A DNA stretch of 64,000 bases from Candidatus Uhrbacteria bacterium (GCA_037131775.1 JBAXQK010000002.1:23472-87471); one strand, 5' to 3'; positions 47,090 to 56,246 are shown, numbered from the stretch's first letter. The notes: generated by a model not told the origin, from the letters alone. Numbers and translations are program-made.

Positions 47090-47660
47090 CGCCACACCGC
47101 GTCACTTTCTTTCAGCCGTGAAAGAAAGTAACCAAAGAAACCGTCCGCCCGGTCTCCATGGCGGGCCGGGACGGAAAAGGCGGCCTCGGCTGCGGAACTC
47201 GCTAGTCCGCCAAGTAAAACAAAAAGAGCGGAACTTCGCTCAGACAATCCTCGCCCGTCCTGATGGACCCGGCCGCCTTTTCCGTCCCGTCTCCATCCGT
47301 CATTCCGACAGGGCGGGTTATCCGGGCGGTGTTGCGATGGTTATTTTTGGCTGAGGCCGTAATAACTTTCAACGTTTCCCCTCCTCATAGGGAGGAGGGG
47401 TCAGGGGTGGCCGTCGCGCCATAAACAAAAAACTTCCATCCGGTCGCCGCCCTGCCGGAGCGACCCAGCCAGGACGTGAAAAATTGGCGGGTGCATCAGC
47501 ACGGGCGAGGATTGTCTGAGCGTGCGAGCCCGTAGGCGAGAAGCGAGTTCCGCAGCCGAGCCAATTTTTCGCGTTCTGGCGTAGGAGCGGATGGCCGGGC
47601 GGAAGGCTCTCTTTGCCTACTTTCTCTGTCCGCCCCACAGAGAAAGTAGGTCGGGTGCAG
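47090..47660. other. approximately 570-bp noncoding region dense in nested inverted repeats and hairpins (candidate structured RNA, or a MITE-like repeat pile-up)
   Basis: Terminal hairpins are CACTTTCTTTCA-GCCG-TGAAAGAAAGT (47107-47135) and CCTACTTTCTCTGT-CCGCCC-CACAGAGAAAGTAGG (47617-47651). Internal pairs include GGACGGAAAAGGCGGCC with GGCCGCCTTTTCCGTCC, CTCGGCTGCGGAACTCGC with GCGAGTTCCGCAGCCGAG, and CAGACAATCCTCGCCCGT with ACGGGCGAGGATTGTCTG. It also contains one family-C hairpin. Confidence 0.5.
47373..47418 (+). repeat. family-C GC-hairpin repeat (copy 1)
   Basis: GTTTCCCCTCCTCATAGGGAGGAGGGGTCAGGGGTGGCCGTCGCG, with a 9-bp perfect stem CCCCTCCTC/GAGGAGGGG. Confidence 0.75.
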
Positions 47661-47687
47661 GGCGAAGCGCCTGCGGAAAAAACATCC

Positions 47688-48731
47688 CTAAACCTTTTCG
47701 ATTATCGAAACAATCCCCCGAGCACACCGCTCCCAGGTAAACTCCCCTGCCCGCGCCTTTGCCGCGGCAATCATCTCCCCGAGCGCCTCCGGCATCATCA
47801 CGCACTGGGCGATCGCAAACGCCATCTGCTCGGCATCGTCGGGATCGACGTACATCACCGCGTCGCCCCCAACCTCCGGCAATGCGCCGCGGTTCGACGT
47901 GACGACCGGAACCCCGGCCGACATCGCCTCTAGGACCGGCAGGCCGAACCCTTCCTCCCACGACGGAAAGAAAAAGCACGACGCCTGCGCGTACAGGTTC
48001 GCCTTCTCGTCCTCGGTCACGTATCCGACCTGCCGCACGACATTTCCTCCCGCGACCGACCGCCACGCATCGTTCGTCTGCGCGATCGCCTCGAGGATTG
48101 GCTCGGCGTTCCAACCGATGCCGCCGGCGATTACGAATCGCGTCGTCGCGGCGCGATCCTTGTGCATGCGCAGGAACGCGTCGAACGCGGCGAGCGCGTT
48201 GACGAGGTTCTTGCGCGGCTCGAGGGTGCCGACGAAGAGGATCGTGTCGGAGGTGAGTAGTGAGTGATTGGTAGTTTGTAGTTTGGAGACACCCGGATAT
48301 ACCACGACCACCTTGTCGACGACATCCGGAAACACTCGTCCAATCTGTCGCTTCGTCGCCTCGGAGATCGCGATGACCGCGTCCGCCCGTCGCAGCGACC
48401 TAGGGACGAGGAACTTCGCGGCGAAGTCGAGCTTCGTCGCCGGGAACCATTCGGGGTGCTCGTAGATGGTCAGGTCGTGAACCGTCACGACGGTCTTTCC
48501 CGTCCAGCACAGTGGCGACTGATTGGCCGGGCAGAACAGGACGTCCGTCATCTTCATCGTCGCGACGAGCGCCAGGTTCACGTGGCGCGTCAGAAACGGG
48601 ACGCGGCGCTTTGGGTTCCAAACGAAGAGATCCGTTCCAAGAACGGATCGCATGGCCGTGACGACGGAGCGCGTGTACGTGCCGATTCCCGCGCCGTCCC
48701 GCATCGTGGTGCCGTCGACCGCGATCCTCAT
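47688..48731 (-). CDS. glycosyltransferase family 4 (GT-B fold)
   Basis: The start was reassigned to MRIAVDGTT (ATG 48731). The C-terminal motif is EGFGLPVLEAMSAGVPVV. A repeat-encoded in-frame insert KLQTTNHSLLTSDT sits at the inter-domain linker. Confidence 0.8.
   Translation of the reverse strand: MRIAVDGTTMRDGAGIGTYTRSVVTAMRSVLGTDLFVWNPKRRVPFLTRHVNLALVATMKMTDVLFCPANQSPLCWTGKTVVTVHDLTIYEHPEWFPATKLDFAAKFLVPRSLRRADAVIAISEATKRQIGRVFPDVVDKVVVVYPGVSKLQTTNHSLLTSDTILFVGTLEPRKNLVNALAAFDAFLRMHKDRAATTRFVIAGGIGWNAEPILEAIAQTNDAWRSVAGGNVVRQVGYVTEDEKANLYAQASCFFFPSWEEGFGLPVLEAMSAGVPVVTSNRGALPEVGGDAVMYVDPDDAEQMAFAIAQCVMMPEALGEMIAAAKARAGEFTWERCARGIVSIIEKV
48253..48287. repeat. composite family-A/family-B repeat fragment embedded in-frame in the GT4 gene
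   Basis: GTGAGTAGTGAGTGATTGG followed by TAGTTTGTAGTTTGGAG. Confidence 0.6.
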
Positions 48732-49192
48732 AGCGCGATCGCCTTGATCGTCCCGGTCGTCACGAGAACGACGAGCACGCTCGCGACCACGTGGCCGATG
48801 ATAATCGCCGGGATCGCATAACGAGCCTTGATGTCGAAAAGGACCGCGAGCGCCGTCCCCGTCCAGATGCCGGCTCCCGGAAGCGGAAGCGCGCCGAGGA
48901 TCGCGAGGGCGAACGCGCCGAACCGCTGGTACGTGGCCATGTGCTTCTGCTCCAGCGCGCGCAGCTTCTTGTTCAGGAACGCATGAAGGCGAGGCATGTG
49001 CTTTTCCGCCCAGGCGAGGAGCGCCGGCATCCCCCACCAAAGAAACGGGATCGGAACGAGGTTCCCGAACAACGCGAGCGACCACGCCTTGAACGCCGAA
49101 AAATGAAACAGGGTGATCGCGATCGGGATGGAAGCGCGCAGTTCCGTCACGGGGAGCGCGGAAAGAATCAGAATGACAATTTCTTGTTTCAT
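48728..49192 (-). CDS. small integral membrane protein (4 TM, uncharacterised; small multidrug-export-like family?)
   Basis: 154 aa, hydrophobic. The start overlaps the GT4 start by 4 nt. Confidence 0.5.
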   Translation of the reverse strand: MKQEIVILILSALPVTELRASIPIAITLFHFSAFKAWSLALFGNLVPIPFLWWGMPALLAWAEKHMPRLHAFLNKKLRALEQKHMATYQRFGAFALAILGALPLPGAGIWTGTALAVLFDIKARYAIPAIIIGHVVASVLVVLVTTGTIKAIAL

Positions 49193-50181
49193 AGGGTTGA
49201 GGTCTTTTCGTCCGGCCATTCGAAAACCTTGTAGGTCCAGGCAGACAGCGCCTTTACGTCCTGAAATCGCCCCGTGATCGTCTCAGAGCCAAGGACGACG
49301 ACGACAATCTCATGCGCGTCCTTTTCCGAAACGAGCGACCCGAGGCAGTACCCCGCTTCTGGCAAGAATCCCGTCTTGCCTCCAACGACCTTGTACGGCG
49401 CCTGGTTCAGGAAGCTGTTCAGCAGCTCGTCGGTCGTGTCGATCGAATACACTCTGCCGGATGATCCGACGAACGTCGTCACGGGTTGCTCGGTTGCCTC
49501 GCGGATAACGCCTACCTTCATGGCCGCGTCAAGGAGTCGCACGAGATCGGACGGGATCGAACGGTTGTCCGCGGAAAGACCCGTGGGATCCAGGAACGTC
49601 GTTGCTCGCATGCCAAGCTCGGCAGCGGTTTCATTCATCTTAGCCACAAAATTACCCTCGGACAGCCCCGACAGCCGCACGAGCGCCGCCGTCGCGGAGT
49701 TATCGGATCCGACGAGGCTCGCGTGAAGCAGGTTGTCGACCGTAACGGTGTCGCCGACGGAAACGTGCTGAACCCCGCCCGAGCGCACGTCGGATGCCTG
49801 AAGGGCAGTCGGCGAGGTGAGGTCCGGGTTTCCCTTGAGAAAGACGAACGCCGTCATCAGCTTGGTGATGCTTCCAATGGAGCGAGGTTCCTCGCCGTTC
49901 TTCTCGTACAGGACGGACCCGGTCGCACGGTCGACCACGATGGCGCTTACCGCGGACGTGACGACGCCGACGCTGTTCGGATCGATTTTTTTCGGGGCTC
50001 GGGATGCGTCGGGAGCCGCGGGAAGACCGGCGCGCAAAAGTGCCATCGCCTCGAACGCACCTGGCTGGCGAAGCTCGGACGACGGCAGCGTGGCGTAGCG
50101 CTCAACCATGCCCGCGTCGTATGGGTAAACCTGAAGCAAGGTCGTCGCGAGCAGCAGTTGTGCCATCAGTCGAAGGATCAC
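49189..50181 (-). CDS. dacC: D-alanyl-D-alanine carboxypeptidase (peptidase S11, PBP5/6-like)
   Basis: The SxxK (SITK), SxN (SDN) and KTG (GGKTGF) motifs are present, plus an N-terminal signal. Confidence 0.85.
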   Translation of the reverse strand: MILRLMAQLLLATTLLQVYPYDAGMVERYATLPSSELRQPGAFEAMALLRAGLPAAPDASRAPKKIDPNSVGVVTSAVSAIVVDRATGSVLYEKNGEEPRSIGSITKLMTAFVFLKGNPDLTSPTALQASDVRSGGVQHVSVGDTVTVDNLLHASLVGSDNSATAALVRLSGLSEGNFVAKMNETAAELGMRATTFLDPTGLSADNRSIPSDLVRLLDAAMKVGVIREATEQPVTTFVGSSGRVYSIDTTDELLNSFLNQAPYKVVGGKTGFLPEAGYCLGSLVSEKDAHEIVVVVLGSETITGRFQDVKALSAWTYKVFEWPDEKTSTL

Positions 50182-50750
50182 AGGGCGGAGTCATTGAGCG
50201 AGGAGGTCATCGAGTCGCTGAGCGAGTCGACGAGCTCCGTCATCTTCTTGTCGTCGTGCAGGTCGAGATAGTCGGGAAGGTCCGCGATCGAGTGGATCCC
50301 AAGGTGCCGCACGAAGTCCGCGGACACGGTAAACACCGGCTGCAGACGCTCGATGTCGTCGACCTCGTCCACGAGTCCTCGCATAGAGAGGTTACGCAGG
50401 ATGAGCGAGCAGTTCACGCCGCGAATCTGCTCGATCTCCGGCTTCGTGATCGGCCCGCGGTATGCGATGATGGTCAGCGTCTCAAGCGACGGCCGCGACA
50501 GTTCCCCGCTCACCTCCTCCTTCAAAAGCGCCGCGACGACCGCGGACTCGGACGGGTTCGTAACGAACTGCAGCTTCCCCCCGTGCTCGACCACGTGGAT
50601 GCCGGACGCGTCGACGTTGAATCGCACCTTCACGTCCGCGATCGCCTCGAGAAGCACCTCGTCGGAAACGTTCAGCGACTTTTTCAAAACCGAAATCGCG
50701 ACCGGCTTTGCCGACGCGAATAGGATCGATTCGAGGGAGGTCGTGAGCAT
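50178..50750 (-). CDS. scpB: segregation and condensation protein B
   Basis: Tandem winged helices are present (LETLTIIAYRGPITKPEIEQIRGV). Confidence 0.9.
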   Translation of the reverse strand: MLTTSLESILFASAKPVAISVLKKSLNVSDEVLLEAIADVKVRFNVDASGIHVVEHGGKLQFVTNPSESAVVAALLKEEVSGELSRPSLETLTIIAYRGPITKPEIEQIRGVNCSLILRNLSMRGLVDEVDDIERLQPVFTVSADFVRHLGIHSIADLPDYLDLHDDKKMTELVDSLSDSMTSSLNDSAL

Positions 50751-50758
50751 AGGGGAAA

Positions 50759-50828
50759 GTGGTGGAGTGACGGAGTGATGGAGTACCTAACCACTCCACG
50801 ACTTCATCACTTCATCACTCAATCACTC
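50759..50828. repeat. family-A palindromic repeat element
   Basis: GGTGGAGTGACGGAGTGATGGAGT-ACCTAA-CCACTCCACGACTTCATCACTTCATCACTCAATCACTC was seen. It encodes the last two codons of scpA. Confidence 0.7.
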
Positions 50829-51514
50829 TTCGTAATCAGTATATCGTGAAACGACCCTCCTTGGACAGCCTTCACCACGCGCTGCTTCATGAGCTCGAGG
50901 AGCGCGAGGAAACTGACGACGACCTCGACCTTCGACGCGCCGCTCGCGACCATCTCGTGGAACAGGACCTTCGATCGGTCGACCATCGCGGCCTGGAGCT
51001 GCTTCATGCGCTCCTGGATGGACACGACGCGCTCGATCGACGACTGTCGCAGCGCGAAGAACGGCTCGAGGCGCTTCTGCACGGCCTGGAACAGCTCGCG
51101 GAGAATCGGCGGCGTCACGTTCTTCGGCGGAAGGAACTGACGCACCTTCGCGATCGACGCCTTCTCCCGCGCGAACATGTCCTTCCCCGCCCCGAACATC
51201 TCCTCGATCATCGCCGACGCGTGCACGAAACGCTTGTACATCCGCAGCTGATCGGCAAGCTTCGCCCCGTCCTCCTCCGCGTCGAGGTTCAGCTGCGGAA
51301 GGATGGCGTGCGACTTGATGAGCAGCAACTTCGTCGCGACGACGAGGAAATCCGCCAGCTCTTCAGCGGGAACCTCGTGCTCGTTCACGTGCCTCAGATA
51401 GTCCTCGGTGACCTTCGCAAGAGAAACCTCCGTAATCGGAAGTTTCTCTTGCTCGATCAGGTCGAGAAGAAGTTGGAGAGGGCCGGAGTATTGGTCGAGG
51501 GTGACTTGGAACAT
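50819..51514 (-). CDS. scpA: segregation and condensation protein A
   Basis: Starts MFQVTLDQYSGPLQLLLDLIEQEKLPITEVSLAKVTEDYL. The start was reassigned. Confidence 0.85.
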   Translation of the reverse strand: MFQVTLDQYSGPLQLLLDLIEQEKLPITEVSLAKVTEDYLRHVNEHEVPAEELADFLVVATKLLLIKSHAILPQLNLDAEEDGAKLADQLRMYKRFVHASAMIEEMFGAGKDMFAREKASIAKVRQFLPPKNVTPPILRELFQAVQKRLEPFFALRQSSIERVVSIQERMKQLQAAMVDRSKVLFHEMVASGASKVEVVVSFLALLELMKQRVVKAVQGGSFHDILITKSD

Positions 51515-51610
51515 AGGGCGCATGGGGCTCATTAGGCACATTTGGCGCATGGGGAATGACGCGGTGGCCAATGAGCCTTATGCGCCCCATGAGCCCCGTG
51601 CGCCCATCCT

Positions 51611-53005
51611 CTACGTTACCCGAATATGCGCGTCGTTCAGGGCCTTCTCCGGCAACGCACTCGGCGCGTCCATGACGGACGTGTGGGCGGAGCCGGTCAT
51701 TGGGAACGCCTGGACTTCGCGCAGGAACGTCTCGCCCGTAAGGATCATGATCATGCGCTCGACGCCGAGGCCGATCCCTCCGTGCGGCGGCGCGCCGTAC
51801 TTGAACGCCTCCAGCATGTGGCCGACCGATTCTGCGATCTCCTCGTCGGAATATCCCATCGTCTTGTATGTCGCCCGAAGCGTCTTCGGATCGTGCGCGC
51901 GAATGCTTCCGCCGCCCGTCTCGTAGCCGTTGCACACGAGGTCGTACTGGGTCGTCAGGATGTTCTCGATGTTCGTGCCGGCAAGATGGTCTTCCAAAAA
52001 CTCCGGCTTCGGCTGCGAGAACGGGTTGTGCGTGAACGTCCAGCCACCTTCCTCTGTCTTCTCAAAGAACGGAAAGTCCACGACCCACGCGTAGGCGAGC
52101 ACGTTGTTCTTCTTGTCCTCCTCCGTGCGCATGTCGAACTTGTCGGCGCCGTACCGCTCCATCGATTCCTTGTACGTGAGCCGCGGGAACGGCTTCTCCT
52201 TGATCGTGAACCCGAGCGACTCCACGGCCTTCGTGATCATCGCCTCGATCGCCTGCATCACGTCCTCGCGCTCGACGAAGCTCATCTCGATATCGATCTG
52301 CGTGTGCTCGAACCCGCGGTCCGCGCGAGGATCCTCGTCGCGGAAGCAGCGCGCCGTCTGGAAGTACCGCTCGAACCCGGCGACCATCGCCAACTGCTTG
52401 TACTGCTGCGGGCTCTGCGGAAGCGCGAAGAACTTTCCCGGCTGCAGGCGCGACGGAACAATGAAGTCGCGCGACCCTTCCGGCGTCGCCTTCGTCAGGT
52501 ACGGCGTCTCGATCTCGACGAACCGATCCTTCAGCAGATGCTGGCGGCACGCCTGAACGTAAAGATTACGAAGACGAAGATGGTGCTGAAGACGCTCCGA
52601 CCGCAAGTCGAGATACCGGTACTTCAACCGCAGTTCCTCATTCACTCCCATCGTATCCTTGTCCACCTCGAACGGGGGAGTCTCGGAGGCGTTTAGTATC
52701 TTCAACGACTTCACCCCAAGTTCGACGGTCCCTGTGGGTAAGTCGGCTTTGATCTGCTTTTCACCCCTTTTATTCACGATTCCTTCGATTTCGACGACAT
52801 ATTCCGACGACAATTCATCGACGGCCTTGTTCGTCGCCTCGTCCAAATCCGGCTTGTAGCACACGACCTGAACGATCCCCGTCCCGTCGCGAAGGTCGAT
52901 GAAGGCAAGTTTGTCGCCCATGCGCCGAATGTTCTGCACCCATCCGTTCACCTTGATTGTCTCGCCGACGTGCGTCGGCGTCTCGATGTTCCAAGTTCGT
53001 TGCAT
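51611..53005 (-). CDS. aspS: aspartyl-tRNA synthetase, bacterial-type signature but lacking the GAD insertion domain (about 465 aa)
   Basis: N-terminal OB fold, QSPQQYKQL motif and class II motifs 2/3 are present. The start was reassigned to MQRTWNIE (within 1 nt). Confidence 0.9.
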   Translation of the reverse strand: MQRTWNIETPTHVGETIKVNGWVQNIRRMGDKLAFIDLRDGTGIVQVVCYKPDLDEATNKAVDELSSEYVVEIEGIVNKRGEKQIKADLPTGTVELGVKSLKILNASETPPFEVDKDTMGVNEELRLKYRYLDLRSERLQHHLRLRNLYVQACRQHLLKDRFVEIETPYLTKATPEGSRDFIVPSRLQPGKFFALPQSPQQYKQLAMVAGFERYFQTARCFRDEDPRADRGFEHTQIDIEMSFVEREDVMQAIEAMITKAVESLGFTIKEKPFPRLTYKESMERYGADKFDMRTEEDKKNNVLAYAWVVDFPFFEKTEEGGWTFTHNPFSQPKPEFLEDHLAGTNIENILTTQYDLVCNGYETGGGSIRAHDPKTLRATYKTMGYSDEEIAESVGHMLEAFKYGAPPHGGIGLGVERMIMILTGETFLREVQAFPMTGSAHTSVMDAPSALPEKALNDAHIRVT

Positions 53006-53020
53006 AGAATTTTTCTTTAC

Positions 53021-53067
53021 ACGTTTCCCCTCCTCATAGGGAGGAGGGGTCAGGGGTGGTCGTCGCG
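53021..53067 (+). repeat. family-C GC-hairpin repeat (copy 2), in the aspS 5' leader
   Basis: Nearly identical to copy 1; TGGTCGTCGCG variant. Confidence 0.75.
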
Positions 53068-53075
53068 CTTCGGGT

Positions 53076-54107
53076 CTATCGTACGACCCCGAGATACTCG
53101 ACGGTCGCGTCCGTTTCATGAGTGAGCTGCGTTTCCGTCTTGGTCGCCAGGTCGTACAGGAACAGATTCCCGTCGCGATCGACGACCAACGTATCTCCGA
53201 ACCAGTCCTTGACGACGCCGTTCACGGTCGCGACGGGCGGGCCCTTGATGCTTGTAATCGTCGAAACGGGAGATCCGTACAGATGGACCGCATATTCCAT
53301 TCCGTCTTCGGACACCATCGGATTTTCTACCACGGCGTTCGTCGACGCGACGACGGCTCCGGCGAGAAGACGCGCCTTGTTGGTATCGAGATCGACGAGA
53401 TACGCGGACGACGGCCCGGTCGGATCCGCCCCAAGGTTTTCCGGTGGTGTAAACGTCACGCCAACAAGCGTCTTTTGTTGGGTGTTGATCTCATACTGAT
53501 ACAGGTTGCGCTTGCGAACGTCCGTGATTTCCGTAATTACCCCCGACGGCACGTCGAGCCTCCACAGGCCCGCGACGAACGATTCGGTCTCGACGCGACG
53601 ACCGAGATAGATCGCGCTCTTGTCTTCGGCCGCCGCCACGGGAACGAGATATCCCTCGGCCCCCGACGGAAAGATGCCGAGTGCGACAGGATCAATCGTC
53701 TTCTTCAACAACTGCGGCCCGCCGTCCCCGTCAAACACGGTCAGTTTCAAAATGCCAAGATCGTTCGCTTCGCAGTCGAGAGCGAGCGACGAGACGACGT
53801 ACGCCGGGTTGCATAGGTTCGACGCCTGATTGAACCGAACGATTCCCGGACCTTCGAACCCTTCAACTGGCCCAGTCGTTTTCTTCGACGAAAGCGAGTA
53901 GGCATACCCCTTCGCGTCCTCATTGCCAGACGCCGCGACGGACCACATGACGACCGGACGATCGTTCGCGACCGACGGGCCCTGCGATTTTACCGTAGTA
54001 TCCGTCGCAACGACGACCTTCTTCCCCGCGTTTATCCGCCAAAATAACGCCCCGGCAAACGCAAGGACAATGGCGGCAACGACGATGGCGGGAAGGATTT
54101 TTTTCAC
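53076..54107 (-). CDS. hypothetical secreted/membrane-anchored protein (343 aa)
   Basis: N-terminal signal/TM segment (MKKILPAIVVAAIVLAFAGALF) and a beta-rich body. No family recognised. Confidence 0.6.
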   Translation of the reverse strand: MKKILPAIVVAAIVLAFAGALFWRINAGKKVVVATDTTVKSQGPSVANDRPVVMWSVAASGNEDAKGYAYSLSSKKTTGPVEGFEGPGIVRFNQASNLCNPAYVVSSLALDCEANDLGILKLTVFDGDGGPQLLKKTIDPVALGIFPSGAEGYLVPVAAAEDKSAIYLGRRVETESFVAGLWRLDVPSGVITEITDVRKRNLYQYEINTQQKTLVGVTFTPPENLGADPTGPSSAYLVDLDTNKARLLAGAVVASTNAVVENPMVSEDGMEYAVHLYGSPVSTITSIKGPPVATVNGVVKDWFGDTLVVDRDGNLFLYDLATKTETQLTHETDATVEYLGVVR

Positions 54108-54109
54108 AA

Positions 54110-55408
54110 TTACGGCGTAATCCGGTTAATCAATCTCGGAAACGGAATCGTCTCCCGAATATGCTGCAAGCCGCAGACCCACGCGACGATACGCTCCAAC
54201 CCGTAGCCGAACCCGGAATGCGGGACGGATCCAAACCGTCGCAGATCGAGATACCACTGGTACGGCTCGGTCGGGACGTTGTGGTCCTTCATGCGCTGGA
54301 GGAGCTGATCGTAATCGTCCTCGCGCTGGGAGCCGCCGATGATCTCGCCGTATCCTTCCGGGGCAAGCATGTCGGCGTTGAGGACGCGGGTAGGATCCAT
54401 CGGGTCGCGCTTCATATAGAACGCCTTCACGACGGCCGGGTATTTCTCGACGAAGATCGGACGGTCGTACAGTTTCGTCAGCACCGTCTCGTCGTCTCCG
54501 CCAAGGTCGTCCATGTCGCCGATGTCGCTCCCAAGCTCGCGGAGCTTCGCGACCGCCTCGGCGTGTGTCATGCGGACGAACGGGGCCTGGACCTTTTCGA
54601 GGGCCGGGACGTCGCGCTCGAGGATGGCGAGCTCGGCGCGGTTCTTTTCGAGAACGTCCTTCACGATGCGGCAGACGAGCCCTTCCTGCACGGCGAGGTT
54701 TCCCTCGTGATCGACGAAAGCGGCCTCGGCGTCCATCATCCAGAACTCGGTGAGGTGGCGGCGGGTCTTGCTCTTCTCGGCGCGGAACACCGGGCCGAAG
54801 TCGAACGCGCGGCCGAGGCTCATGATGCCGGCCTCTAGGTACAGCTGGCCCGACTGCGACAGGTACGCGTTGCCCATGTCGAAGTACTCGATCGAGAACA
54901 GCTCGGTCGTTCCCTCGCACGCGGTCGGCGTGAGGATCGGCGTGTCAAATTTCACGTAGCCGTTCTCGTTGAAGTACGCGAACGTCGCGTTGATAATCGT
55001 GTTGCGCACGCGCTGGATCGCCCACTGCGATTCGGAGCGGAGCCAGAGGCTGCGTTGGTCGAGGAGGAAGTCCGGGCCGTGTTCCTTCTTGCCGATCGGA
55101 AAGTCCTCCGTCGGGATCTGGATCGCGGCGAACGAGACTCCGGTCAGCTCGAACCCGGACGCCGATCGTGCCTCGGCTTTCACCGTTCCGCGAACGATCA
55201 CCGACGATTCGATGCGAACCGTGTCGAGTACGTTCCACTGGTCCTCCGGCAACTCGGCCTTCGAATAGACGACCTGGACGCGCCCGGTTCCATCGCGCAG
55301 CTGCAAAAAGAAAATTTTCCCGCTCGACCGGAAATTATACGCCCATCCCTTCAACTCAACTTCTTGGCCAACGTAAGCGCCGATTTGGGATATGGTTGTG
55401 GTGATCAT
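54110..55408 (-). CDS. asnS: asparaginyl-tRNA synthetase
   Basis: The C-terminal region GGSQREDDYDQL...DLRRFGSVPHSGFGYGLERIVAWVCGLQHIRETIPFPR matches AsnRS. The start was reassigned to MITTTISQIG. Confidence 0.9.
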   Translation of the reverse strand: MITTTISQIGAYVGQEVELKGWAYNFRSSGKIFFLQLRDGTGRVQVVYSKAELPEDQWNVLDTVRIESSVIVRGTVKAEARSASGFELTGVSFAAIQIPTEDFPIGKKEHGPDFLLDQRSLWLRSESQWAIQRVRNTIINATFAYFNENGYVKFDTPILTPTACEGTTELFSIEYFDMGNAYLSQSGQLYLEAGIMSLGRAFDFGPVFRAEKSKTRRHLTEFWMMDAEAAFVDHEGNLAVQEGLVCRIVKDVLEKNRAELAILERDVPALEKVQAPFVRMTHAEAVAKLRELGSDIGDMDDLGGDDETVLTKLYDRPIFVEKYPAVVKAFYMKRDPMDPTRVLNADMLAPEGYGEIIGGSQREDDYDQLLQRMKDHNVPTEPYQWYLDLRRFGSVPHSGFGYGLERIVAWVCGLQHIRETIPFPRLINRITP

Positions 55409-55423
55409 AACGGAGAGATTGTA

Positions 55424-55454
55424 CCAAAAAACGACCGTATGACGCAACGGTCGT
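55424..55454 (-). terminator. intrinsic terminator after recO (minus strand)
   Basis: On the minus strand, hairpin ACGACCGTTGCGTCATACGGTCGT is followed by TTTTTTGGT. Confidence 0.6.
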
Positions 55455-55460
55455 CGTCTG

Positions 55461-56234
55461 TCAAAGGGAACAAGCGGCCCGAAGCGAGTTTGCGGGAATC
55501 ACGGGGAAATGCGAGATCATAAGGCCCTCGACCGCCTCGTGAAACTCGTTGAGCGCGACGACGGGGAGCAGTGGTCGAAGATGCGACTCGAACGGTTCGG
55601 AGAGGCCGAAGCGAAGGAGCTTGAGGGTGTCGTCGGAGATGGCGCGGGCGGCGAACCACTGGCGGTTGTCGCGCGTGACGCACGGGCTGCACACGACGCC
55701 GCCCTTGAGCGCGTGCCATCGATACTGTCCCGCGACGATTGTCGTCTTGCAATCGAGGCAGCGCGACACCTCGGGACGATACCCGATCGCCGCGAGCAGT
55801 TTGAGTGCGAACCCGGCCAGGAGAAATCCGGCGCGGTCGGAGCTGACGGACGGCGCCGCGTCGATGGCGGCGAGCCAGGCAAGGACGATCGCGTATAGCG
55901 TCGGGTCGGCCTCCTCCTGGCGCGTGGCGATGTCGACGAGGTACAGAGCGTTGCGGACGAGGAGAAGGCGCGAGACGTCGGCGTATAGTCCCGGGAACGC
56001 GACGCGCCTGTCCGTCCCCGCGACGGTATTGAACTGACGTCCGTTCACGACGTGAAAGTCGATCACCGCCGGCATCTCGAGGTGCGGGGTAAGCTTCGCG
56101 AGCATCTTGTGTCCTCCGCGGGCGAGGAGTTCAATCTTCCCATGCTCACGCGTCAAAACAGAATACCACCGATCCGCTTCCCCGCGGTCGCGACGGGACA
56201 AAACGATTCCGGTGGTATTATACAACGTCGCCAT
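55461..56234 (-). CDS. recO: DNA repair protein RecO
   Basis: N-terminal OB fold and a C-terminal zinc motif CLDC...CSPC are present. Confidence 0.85.
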   Translation of the reverse strand: MATLYNTTGIVLSRRDRGEADRWYSVLTREHGKIELLARGGHKMLAKLTPHLEMPAVIDFHVVNGRQFNTVAGTDRRVAFPGLYADVSRLLLVRNALYLVDIATRQEEADPTLYAIVLAWLAAIDAAPSVSSDRAGFLLAGFALKLLAAIGYRPEVSRCLDCKTTIVAGQYRWHALKGGVVCSPCVTRDNRQWFAARAISDDTLKLLRFGLSEPFESHLRPLLPVVALNEFHEAVEGLMISHFPVIPANSLRAACSL

Positions 56235-56246
56235 TTTCTTTTTTCT

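Noticed and set aside
47079-47638. ORFs 47079-47354 (+) and 47369-47638 (-), and the N-terminal extension MKRTRPSS...RRPPLTPPPYEEGKR of aspS
   Set aside because: The peptide RRPPLTPPPYEEGKR is the translation of the family-C GC-hairpin repeat. The ORFs lie in a repeat-rich noncoding region and have no coding signal.
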